The notes: generated by a model from the sequence alone, not told the origin. Shown: positions 1 to 7,781, numbered from the stretch's first letter. The stretch is 27,700 bases of DNA from Nanobdellota archaeon (GCA_041305305.1 JBFYLR010000019.1:1-27700); one strand, 5' to 3'. Numbers and translations are program-made.

Positions 1-846
1 AACTGAATCTGTCTTATGATAGTACTTTATCTTGTGCGCCCTTTCCCATCCCGCATCAATGAATTTTTGATAATCTTTCTCGGAGAATAAATAGACATCT
101 TCATAATAATCTGTTTCAGAATTAGATATTGTGAAACCTGAAGGCAAATCTGTTGCTTTCAAATTCAATGCAATAAAGTCCTCGCTTGTTACTTCCAGAT
201 TCTGTTCTGTTTCTGTCGGAATATTTGGCGCCGCAGCGGGTGCTTTTTCACTTACAGAAGTCGATGTCCCACTAGAGGAGCCAAGCCTAAAACTATCTCT
301 CATATGCTCATAAATTGAGAGATATTTATCATAAGCTCCGCCCCATGCAGTATAAGATATCATATAATATGCCTTTTCTGAATCAATTATTATGCTCTTT
401 TGAGAGTATTTGACATCCGATATGACATAAGATGCAGTTATTTCCGTTGCGCTTCTTCCATTAATTGTTAAATCTAATTTGTCAGTTATTTCGTAATCTT
501 TCAATGTTTGGAATTGCCTCTCTAAACTTGCCACAAAATCTTCTTTCGTCGGATAACTTGATTTAAGTATCCCCTGCACATTCACATTCGCAGTCGAAGG
601 GGAATAAAAGAAAAGTTTGCTGTCTTCTATTGCTTGTTTCCAGGTATTTGGATATTCTATGCTGAATCCCTGGCTTTCTTCAATATAAACCTTCCATACG
701 ACTTTGCCACTGCCTCCAAAAATAAAGTATGCACCAACTACGAGGGCAACTGCCGCAATAGCAATTACTGCTCCCCAAATTAATTTTTTGCCCGAACCAC
801 TAGAATAACCTGGTTGCAAACCAAGTTCCTGTCCTCTTTTGTCCAT
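1..846 (-). CDS. Membrane-anchored PsbP/DcrB-like (DUF1795-type) surface protein, 3'-partial
   Basis: Translated by hand; absent from the ORF track because there is no stop in the window. 282 open codons: MDKRGQ..., TM segment LIWGAVIAIAAVALVVGAYFIF, motifs GFSIEYPNTW and LTINGRSA typical of PsbP-like folds, a Ser/Pro/Ala linker, then a second domain starting ALNLKATDLPSGF. Confidence 0.75.
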   Translation of the reverse strand, partial: MDKRGQELGLQPGYSSGSGKKLIWGAVIAIAAVALVVGAYFIFGGSGKVVWKVYIEESQGFSIEYPNTWKQAIEDSKLFFYSPSTANVNVQGILKSSYPTKEDFVASLERQFQTLKDYEITDKLDLTINGRSATEITASYVISDVKYSQKSIIIDSEKAYYMISYTAWGGAYDKYLSIYEHMRDSFRLGSSSGTSTSVSEKAPAAAPNIPTETEQNLEVTSEDFIALNLKATDLPSGFTISNSETDYYEDVYLFSEKDYQKFIDAGWERAHKIKYYHKTDSV

Positions 847-867
847 AACTCTCCCTATGTAAAGCAA

Positions 868-875
868 TATAAAAA
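868..875 (-). promoter_or_regulatory. TATA box with BRE-like GAAAAG for the 846 gene
   Basis: Minus strand reads GGGAAAAG-TTTTTATA, 21 nt upstream of ATG 846. Confidence 0.6.
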
Positions 876-888
876 CTTTTCCCAATAA

Positions 889-896
889 TTATATTA
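889..896 (+). promoter_or_regulatory. Possible TATA box for the nuclease gene
   Basis: TTATATTA, 22 nt upstream of ATG 919. Confidence 0.4.
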
Positions 897-918
897 ATCT
901 CTTCCGCTTCCTTCTTTT

Positions 919-1668
919 ATGGATAAGAAATATGCCTTTATTTTTGCATTTCTCCTCGCAGGGCTTATTCTATGTGATGTATTCGTATTCAAATCAATTT
1001 CTTCAAATACAGTTTCTGAAAGAGAAGAGGCAGTTATAGAAAGAGTAATTGATGGAGACACTCTGAAATTAACCGACGGGAGAACACTGAGGCTTCTGAA
1101 CATAAACTCCCCAGAAAAAGGGACCCCCGGTTCAAACCTCTCCTTCCAATTTCTGAGGCAATTTGAGAATACGACTATCTCTTTAGAGATAACGGGCATT
1201 GACAAGTACAGCAGAAGCCTTGCAAGAATATACGCTCCGGACTATCTAAATCTGAAAATAGTTGAGCTCGGGCTTGCCTCAAAGTTCCTTGTTCAGGATT
1301 CAGAACTCTCGCTCTTTGACAAAGCAGAAAGGAGTGCAATTGCAGCTTCCAAAGGGATTTGGGAGAAATCAGGCAATTTCGGATGCTTCAAATCCAGCAT
1401 AGACGAGCAGAATGAACTTGTCTTTTTGGAAAATGCCTGCAATAATATTTCTCTCAAGGGCTGGTTCTTGAAAGATGAAAGCAGAAAAATATACAAATTC
1501 GGAGATATTCATTTTGAGAAAATAACTCTTCATTCTTCCGCAGGAGAAGACAACTCAACAGATATATTCTGGAACAATAAAGATAATATATGGAATAATG
1601 ACAGAGATAGCTTATACATATTCGACGAAAATGGCAGAATCGCACATTCAAACTCTTACGGCTATTAG
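919..1668 (+). CDS. Thermonuclease (SNase family) with C-terminal lamin-tail domain and N-terminal membrane anchor/signal
   Basis: RVIDGDT, RLLNINSPE and DKYSRSLA match SNase motifs. The C-terminal NE.V.LEN...SLKGW.LKD...IWNNDRDSLYIFDENG matches the LTD pattern. Hydrophobic N-terminus. Confidence 0.85.
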   Translation: MDKKYAFIFAFLLAGLILCDVFVFKSISSNTVSEREEAVIERVIDGDTLKLTDGRTLRLLNINSPEKGTPGSNLSFQFLRQFENTTISLEITGIDKYSRSLARIYAPDYLNLKIVELGLASKFLVQDSELSLFDKAERSAIAASKGIWEKSGNFGCFKSSIDEQNELVFLENACNNISLKGWFLKDESRKIYKFGDIHFEKITLHSSAGEDNSTDIFWNNKDNIWNNDRDSLYIFDENGRIAHSNSYGY

Positions 1669-2326
1669 CTTAGTTATTATCCTCTCAATTTCATTTGCAT
1701 CAGCTCTCGACTTTACTCTAAGTTCTCCGGATAAAGTTGAAATGAACAAGAGCTTCTCAGTTTCCCTTTCTGCTTCTGTTTCAGATATCTGTGACGTTAA
1801 GATATTTGCACAGGACAATAATACAAAGACGACGATATCTGAAATATATAATGACGGATGGAAAAATCCTTTCTATTATATAAAATCCGTCTTTCCTTCA
1901 AAATCTGAATTCGAGATACGCGTAATTGCTGATTCAAGCAATGCCGTTCTGTGCGCCAGACTGAGAAAAACAAATTCTTCAACCTATTCGGAAAAGTGCA
2001 AATCGATTGTTATATCTGAAAACGAAAAAGAAGACGCAGACACTGACGAAGACGATAAAATCCAAGCTGAGAATGATTCTATTTCATCAAAAAACACCAG
2101 TTCTAAGCAAACAGGAGAAGACTTCACAGCCCTTCCTGATAATTCTCCTCCTCAGCTGTCTCTTCCAGTACCGGACAATGAAAGGATAACTCTTAATCAG
2201 GCGGAAACAATCAAAAAAGAGTATGTTTTCATGACAAAGAGCGAGAAGATTAAACTTTTCATGCTTTATGGATTCACAACTCTCTCCGTTTTTATAATAA
2301 TTCTTCTGGCTCTCAAAAGGCTTTAA
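1631..2326 (+). CDS. Secreted protein with C-terminal TM anchor, unknown function
   Basis: Signal peptide ...ILSISFASA|LDF, beta-rich domain, acidic linker, C-terminal TM LFMLYGFTTLSVFIIILLAL-KRL. The start is uncertain (ATG 1631 or 1598); both overlap the upstream gene. Confidence 0.7.
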   Translation: MAESHIQTLTAISLVIILSISFASALDFTLSSPDKVEMNKSFSVSLSASVSDICDVKIFAQDNNTKTTISEIYNDGWKNPFYYIKSVFPSKSEFEIRVIADSSNAVLCARLRKTNSSTYSEKCKSIVISENEKEDADTDEDDKIQAENDSISSKNTSSKQTGEDFTALPDNSPPQLSLPVPDNERITLNQAETIKKEYVFMTKSEKIKLFMLYGFTTLSVFIIILLALKRL

Positions 2327-2332
2327 CAAAGA

Positions 2333-2340
2333 TTTTAAAA
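2333..2340 (+). promoter_or_regulatory. TATA box
   Basis: TTTTAAAA, 22 nt upstream of ATG 2363. Confidence 0.55.
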
Positions 2341-2362
2341 GCATGGCTAAATATATTCTGTT

Positions 2363-2884
2363 ATGGCAGATGTAAAAATGCAGGTTCATCTTATACTTGA
2401 AATTCTAGGCAGGCCTGCCGAGCACATAAAAGAGGCATTGAATTCCCTTCTTGATAGGATGGCTGCCGAGAAAGACATAAAAATAATCAGCAGAACCGTG
2501 CACGAGCCCCTTCCAGTCAAGGAGTCAGAAGATTTATTCACTTCTTTTGCAGATGTCGATGTGGAGATTAACTCTCTTGCGACATATTTCGGAATAATCT
2601 TTGCGTACATGCCTGCAAACATTGAAATAACTTCTCCCGAGAAGTTTACATTCTCAAATCTCGAGTTGAATGAGCTTGGGAACAGGCTTGTTTCAAGGCT
2701 CCACGATTATGATGCAATAACAAAGAGGGCTATGTTTGAGAGAAATCTTTTTGCCAAAAAACTGAGAGAGTCTGCCCCGGAAGCTTTTGCCGAATTGGTA
2801 AAGCCAGTAAAACCCCAGACTGATAAGAATCCGGAAGATAATCCTCAAGAATCTAAAAAGGGAAAGAATCCTAAAAAGAAATAA
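2363..2884 (+). CDS. Conserved archaeal-type hypothetical cytoplasmic protein
   Basis: 173 aa with globular composition (ILEILGRPAEHIKEAL...YMPANIEITSPE), its own TATA box and a Lys-rich tail. Confidence 0.75.
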   Translation: MADVKMQVHLILEILGRPAEHIKEALNSLLDRMAAEKDIKIISRTVHEPLPVKESEDLFTSFADVDVEINSLATYFGIIFAYMPANIEITSPEKFTFSNLELNELGNRLVSRLHDYDAITKRAMFERNLFAKKLRESAPEAFAELVKPVKPQTDKNPEDNPQESKKGKNPKKK

Positions 2885-3898
2885 TTAATTCCTTTTATTT
2901 TCTATATTCTGAACTCTCTTTGCAAGGGGGTTCTTTTCTTCCTTTATTTTTCTATATCTGAGATAAATAAATATCCCTGCAATTATCACAATTGCAGCGA
3001 TAAGGTATCCTATCCAGGCGTAGCTTCCTCCTCCGCCGTTCTTTGAAATGCAGTTGCCATTGACGCAGCATGCGCCGTCAGAGCTGGTTATCGTCTGTCC
3101 GGAGCAAATCTGATTTGCCTCACATATCTTTCCCGGGAATTCGTAGCAATGATACTTCGCTCTCTCCTGGTTTATCGCACTGCTTTCATTTTCAGTCACA
3201 TTGATTTCCTCAGTTATATTTTCTATAAGCTTTGATGCATTCTCATTAGTCAAATTATTATCTTCTCCACTCTCATTAACAAATATATTATTCACTGTTC
3301 TGTTCAGTTTAAAATAAACAGGCAGAATAAACTCCTCAATTGAGAGATTGTACATTCCAGTCTCATTTATCTCCTCAGCAGAAAATGTAATTGTATTCTC
3401 CCCAGGCTTTAATATTATAATTCTGTCTGTTTCTTCAAGAAAATCTGTGTTTATTTCTTTGTCTTCATCCTCATTAAGGGTTATCGCTATATCAAAATCT
3501 CCGCTCGTATACACAAAACCTGGCTTTATAGTGTACTCGCTCAAATTTGCGGACGTTGAGAAATTCTTTGTGTAAGTTACATCTTCAATCTGTCCGGAAA
3601 CCGTTGAAGGGATATTCTTTATAATCAAAGTGTAATTCTCCTCATTCTTTGGAGTTATAAACCATAAGAAATACTCCTCGCCAAGTTTTCTTAATTCAAA
3701 CTCCATCGGGACAAGCACGTGCCCTCTTCTTAGTTCCACATTGCTGCTGCTAATCGCTCCAATGACATTTCCTTTTATCTCAGTTGCAACTGTCTCTCCC
3801 TGCAGATATTCTTCTTTTATGTCGGTAGTTATCGCAAGCGCTCCCTGAATACAGAATAAGAGGACCAGGCAGGCGCATATTAATAGTGTCTTGTTCAT
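2885..3898 (-). CDS. Cell-surface glycoprotein with Cys-rich module and C-terminal TM
   Basis: Signal peptide ...IQGALA|, 12 NxS/T sequons, 6-Cys module at 3050-3148, TM YAWIGYLIAAIVIIAGIFIYL and a basic tail. Confidence 0.8.
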   Translation of the reverse strand: MNKTLLICACLVLLFCIQGALAITTDIKEEYLQGETVATEIKGNVIGAISSSNVELRRGHVLVPMEFELRKLGEEYFLWFITPKNEENYTLIIKNIPSTVSGQIEDVTYTKNFSTSANLSEYTIKPGFVYTSGDFDIAITLNEDEDKEINTDFLEETDRIIILKPGENTITFSAEEINETGMYNLSIEEFILPVYFKLNRTVNNIFVNESGEDNNLTNENASKLIENITEEINVTENESSAINQERAKYHCYEFPGKICEANQICSGQTITSSDGACCVNGNCISKNGGGGSYAWIGYLIAAIVIIAGIFIYLRYRKIKEEKNPLAKRVQNIENKRN

Positions 3899-3919
3899 GT
3901 TTGGTTGAGATATCTTAAT

Positions 3920-3927
3920 TATATAAA
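3920..3927 (-). promoter_or_regulatory. TATA box
   Basis: Minus strand TTTATATA, 21 nt upstream of ATG 3898. Confidence 0.6.
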
Positions 3928-3936
3928 TTTGCTGTT

Positions 3937-4182
3937 CTATCCTTTTATCTTTTTTATTTTACTTACAAGTTTTATATTATTTCTCAATGAGCTGATGAGC
4001 CTCTCAGCCTCTTCCTCTCCGAGGCTTATTATTCCTGAAGATTTATCCCCTCTCAAGAAAATGGATATAACCTCATCATTTCTATCAAGAAGGCTCTCTT
4101 TTATGACTATCTCATCTATTCTTGCATTTGAATCTATCTTTTTGTCCAGTAAGAAACCTCTCTTCTTTATTCTTATTCTCAT
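3937..4182 (-). CDS. Small basic hypothetical protein (81 aa)
   Basis: ATG 4182 preferred over the track's TTG 4197 because a TATA box lies 21 nt upstream of it. The ORF fills the gap between two minus-strand genes. Confidence 0.7.
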   Translation of the reverse strand: MRIRIKKRGFLLDKKIDSNARIDEIVIKESLLDRNDEVISIFLRGDKSSGIISLGEEEAERLISSLRNNIKLVSKIKKIKG

Positions 4183-4203
4183 GCCTTTTATTGACAAAAT
4201 TGT

Positions 4204-4211
4204 TATTTAAG
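4204..4211 (-). promoter_or_regulatory. TATA box
   Basis: Minus strand CTTAAATA, 21 nt upstream of ATG 4182. Confidence 0.55.
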
Positions 4212-4241
4212 AATTATTGTTGTGCAATATGCCTTATGAAC

Positions 4242-6104
4242 TTATTTGCTCATTTCCCTCAACTTTCTCAAAGCATCTTCCATTTCCTTATCTCTCGATT
4301 TTACTGGAGGTCTTGCCATTGGCCTCGCAATGGGTGCTCTTTGCGCAGGCGGCAGCATAGGTCTTCCATATGGCGCATATGGTGCTCCAGCTCTCTGCTG
4401 AGGCATTGGCGTTCTCTGTGGCGTTGCAGGCACTGCTCCCTTTTTCTTCAGCATCTTCACTTTTACAAATTCGACAGTCTTAAACCACCATATCTTTACT
4501 TTGTCTCTGTATATTATCCCGGCAACAACGAGCCCTATCAAAATTAGGAGCAGTATAATCCAAATCCAAAGAGATGAGCCCTTCTTCATGCAGCATATAT
4601 GTTCAGAGCTTGAGCACGTTTCAATCATGCTTTCCTCTTCACCTTCTTCACACATTCCTGCGCATGTCCCTCCGGCTGATGTGCATGTGTCTTCCTGCGG
4701 CGTTTGCATCTCAATGCAGGAGCCCCCTACGCAGCATGAACCATCAGAAGCGGACTCAATTACTCCTCCCTGGCAAGTCTGGGTGGATGTGCATATAAGC
4801 CCTCCTTTTTGGCTGCATGGCTGTTCGCCAACTTTTATTGAACAGCACAACTCTCCTGCGCTATTGCAGGCATAATCATAAAGCACCTGTCCTCCTGAGC
4901 TTGAGCAGAGATATCCTTTCTCGCATGAGAACTGAGGCTCGCACGCAGTAGGCGTATTTGGAGTAACTCCCTGTACTGACTTTGACCATCCTGAATAAAG
5001 TATAAATGCTGTGTCCCTTATGTTGTTATTATTCCAGCACCCATCATTTGTCTGCACACTAAGAAGATAACTCTTTGCATTGTCCAGTTCAGCCGCATTC
5101 TTTCCGGAGAGCGCGAGCATTGCAAGGCTTGTGTCATAGAATCTTCCTTCTTTCGTTCCAGTCATTTCCCAGAACTTCCCCTGTTCCTGCTCCTGGACTA
5201 TTATGTTATACTGTTCGTCTCCTCCTGTTAATATGTAAAGGAATGCGCTTGGGAAATATCTTGCATTGTCTTCTGCAAGAGCAAGAAGATATGGATTGAA
5301 TCTCATAGTGCTCTCTTTCATATTCTGCAATGCGAGCGTAGCCCATAAACTTCCCTCATAATCGCAGCTTGTCTCTGTCTTGAAGCAGTCTCCAGTTGCT
5401 GTTTCTTTTGTTGCGCCAAGAGAAGCAGCCGAGTGGCTCTCAGGCATTACAAAAAGTGTTCCGCCGGTTCCTCTCTGATAAACAATTGATGTAACAAAAT
5501 TTCCGGCTCCAGTATTGCATGAAATCTCAAATTCTTTCCTCAGGCAGTTATTATTTATCCTCAGCATATATCCCTGATTGTCTATTGCAAGACAGCTCCC
5601 CGGGCTTCCTCTTATTTTCATATCTTCCCCTATCTTAATATTATTGGTCTTCTCATCATACTTTATTGTACAATCTGCAGTGCCATGCTCGGCTATGTCT
5701 ATTTGAAGAAACCATTTCAAATCAGGGGCGCTCACATTCTTTGAGAGAAGCCATTTCTTTATTTCAGAGGTGTCTTTTCCCACTCTCTGATATGCAAGCG
5801 CAGCCATAGCTGTTTCTTTTATCTTGCATCCATTCTTGGGCCAGCACGAAGCCATAGTATCCTTATCGGCATCAATTCTATCAAGTGCGTTGGATTTTCC
5901 GCCTATTGCCAGAACGGTAAATACCGCTTCCTGAAATCCTAATTGAGTGCTCGCTTTAACCTTATCTTCAAGGCACTTGTATGCTTTTTCAACTTTGTCA
6001 GAACTTTCAGATATAGAAACATTTTCTGCAGCAACAGCAAAACTCGCGAGAAGAAGCGCAACAACCACACTTATTGATAATACTATTACCACCTTGCTTT
6101 TCAT
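4242..6104 (-). CDS. Surface protein with prenyltransferase/squalene-cyclase-like alpha/alpha-toroid repeats, three Cys-rich modules, TM and Pro-rich cytoplasmic tail
   Basis: Signal peptide ...SFAVAA|, QW-type motif YLLSVQTNDGCW, repeated DT.LA.LAL helices, Cys modules at 4590-4943, TM LWIWIILLLILIGLVVAGIIY. Confidence 0.75.
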   Translation of the reverse strand: MKSKVVIVLSISVVVALLLASFAVAAENVSISESSDKVEKAYKCLEDKVKASTQLGFQEAVFTVLAIGGKSNALDRIDADKDTMASCWPKNGCKIKETAMAALAYQRVGKDTSEIKKWLLSKNVSAPDLKWFLQIDIAEHGTADCTIKYDEKTNNIKIGEDMKIRGSPGSCLAIDNQGYMLRINNNCLRKEFEISCNTGAGNFVTSIVYQRGTGGTLFVMPESHSAASLGATKETATGDCFKTETSCDYEGSLWATLALQNMKESTMRFNPYLLALAEDNARYFPSAFLYILTGGDEQYNIIVQEQEQGKFWEMTGTKEGRFYDTSLAMLALSGKNAAELDNAKSYLLSVQTNDGCWNNNNIRDTAFILYSGWSKSVQGVTPNTPTACEPQFSCEKGYLCSSSGGQVLYDYACNSAGELCCSIKVGEQPCSQKGGLICTSTQTCQGGVIESASDGSCCVGGSCIEMQTPQEDTCTSAGGTCAGMCEEGEEESMIETCSSSEHICCMKKGSSLWIWIILLLILIGLVVAGIIYRDKVKIWWFKTVEFVKVKMLKKKGAVPATPQRTPMPQQRAGAPYAPYGRPMLPPAQRAPIARPMARPPVKSRDKEMEDALRKLREMSK

Positions 6105-6125
6105 GGATTTTTAATGTATTTCTTA

Positions 6126-6133
6126 TTTAAAAA
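6126..6133 (-). promoter_or_regulatory. TATA box
   Basis: Minus strand TTTTTAAA(TA), 21 nt upstream of ATG 6104. Confidence 0.6.
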
Positions 6134-6150
6134 TGTTCCTTAGAGTTCCT

Positions 6151-7761
6151 TTAATTTGCCCGCCTTCCTCTTGCCTTCCTTATTACTTCAACAATGGGGT
6201 TTTTCACATCCGGCTTCTTGTCAAGCAGATTCAAATCTTTGTAAAAACTAGGGTTGTCATAATTTGGAGGGAGGATATTTTTCTTCTGCCTTAAGTGCCA
6301 ATCGAGCTGACTTTTTATGTATCCTTCTTTCAACTGAGGTTCATTGAGCTTATTCCAGTCACGAACCCTCTGATTGATATAATCTGCAGGAAAGTTCAGG
6401 CTTCTTAAAAAGGTTATAATTACAAACAATCCTCTCTTTTTCCCGTCTTTCATCCCCTTTAGGAGTTTCTTTATCGGCTCTGGGAACATCTCTTCCGTGA
6501 CTCCTTTTATGTCTACTTTCTCATAATTATCATATTTCTTATAGTTCTTTTCTTCTTCTGTGGTGTTCATTTTTTTCCAGTCAAGAGCAGCACTCAGAAG
6601 CTGCTTTGCTTCTCCCTCTTCATTTTCCGGGAGATAATCAATTAGGTTTACATTCATCGGGCTTGCATCTCTTGGGGTGAATGAGTCTATCTGCTCTTTT
6701 TTTAAAACAATGCTTGCAAGCGCAGTTTTCTCATGCAGGGAATAAGGCATTCTGAATAAATGCCTCGGGGCAACAAGAATCAAATCAAGATTTGCTATTT
6801 TTTCAGCGCTTATGCTCTCTTTCTCTTCAAAATATTCAGGATATTTGTCTGAGCTGAGAGGGAAAATTTCATTTTCAGGGTCTTTGCAAAACTCGCAGTA
6901 ATAATAACTCTCGCTCCCAGCAACTTCAAGTTCTCCTGTGCATTTGTCATTCAGGCATCTTAATTTTCTTTTTGTCAGCTTAACGTCTCTTCTTTCTATT
7001 TCAAGCCCGCACAAAGGGCATTGGAATTTTGTTATTGCTCCTTTCTTGGCAGGCTTGTCCGATATCTTGCAATAAACTTCCATTAAATCTTCTTTAGACA
7101 AATTTGTTCTCCTTTTTATTGCATCAAAATCTGTCAGAATCTCTGCCGCGAGATTGTTATAGTCTTTTCTTATATAACTCATCAAATACTCGCAAACGGC
7201 TCTTGCCCATTCGGGGAACATATTCTTTGTCTCAAACCCGGAATATTCTCTTGGAAATGCCTTCCCGGACAAAATAATATGAAATCCTTTGCTTCCTGAG
7301 AATTTAATTCCGTAATTTTTTATTCCATGCTGTTCCAGCGCCGCAACTATAAGTCTCGTAGCTATTTTAGAGCAGTCTATGAAAGGAGAATCGACATCAA
7401 TCAGCAGGTCCCAGGATTTTCTGAGCTTATCTGCATCTTCCCTTGTCATATCTGAATTCAGGGAGAGCGGATCATTCCAGAGTTCTTCTGATGCATGAAA
7501 TGATGTTGCTCCTTTGTTAACGAGCCCCATTATATCTGAAGGATATTCTATCTTGTCAGGGCGCTTCCCAAAACCCTCATAATATCTCGGGACGACCTCC
7601 CTGTTTATTGCAAATTTTGCGAGATATTCCAATATTTTCGGGTTGGAATAATAAAATCTTGTTATCGCTCTCACTCTTTCTTCTTTCTTGTCAATTTCCC
7701 TTTTCTCGGGAGTCCAGTCTTTTGCTTCCTTCTTGCTTGCCTCTTTCTTCCATTTATCCAT
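6151..7761 (-). CDS. priS: Fused DNA primase (PriS catalytic domain plus PriL-CTD/PriX-like domain)
   Basis: AEP motifs WDLLIDVD, FSGSKGFH and D...RHLFRMPYSLHEKT. The C-terminal FPEPI...DGKKR.LF....FL...PPNY...KNP follows the PriL-CTD pattern. ATG 7761 preferred over GTG 7779 from TATA spacing. Confidence 0.88.
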   Translation of the reverse strand: MDKWKKEASKKEAKDWTPEKREIDKKEERVRAITRFYYSNPKILEYLAKFAINREVVPRYYEGFGKRPDKIEYPSDIMGLVNKGATSFHASEELWNDPLSLNSDMTREDADKLRKSWDLLIDVDSPFIDCSKIATRLIVAALEQHGIKNYGIKFSGSKGFHIILSGKAFPREYSGFETKNMFPEWARAVCEYLMSYIRKDYNNLAAEILTDFDAIKRRTNLSKEDLMEVYCKISDKPAKKGAITKFQCPLCGLEIERRDVKLTKRKLRCLNDKCTGELEVAGSESYYYCEFCKDPENEIFPLSSDKYPEYFEEKESISAEKIANLDLILVAPRHLFRMPYSLHEKTALASIVLKKEQIDSFTPRDASPMNVNLIDYLPENEEGEAKQLLSAALDWKKMNTTEEEKNYKKYDNYEKVDIKGVTEEMFPEPIKKLLKGMKDGKKRGLFVIITFLRSLNFPADYINQRVRDWNKLNEPQLKEGYIKSQLDWHLRQKKNILPPNYDNPSFYKDLNLLDKKPDVKNPIVEVIRKARGRRAN

Positions 7762-7781
7762 GTCTTTCAGAGAAAACACTG

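Noticed and set aside
1090-1116. SNase motif reads INSPE rather than IDxPE, suggesting an inactive nuclease
   Set aside because: As I recall, Asn at this position is common in homologs, and DGDT, the first Arg, Glu and the DKY.R Arg are intact.
1598-1668. 38-71 nt overlap of two plus-strand genes as a programmed frameshift
   Set aside because: The downstream ORF has its own signal peptide and I found no slippery site; simple overlap is sufficient.
2891-2960. Near-duplicate TTTATTTTTCTATAT segments
   Set aside because: Low-complexity coding sequence for Lys/Ile/Glu/Arg in a basic tail.
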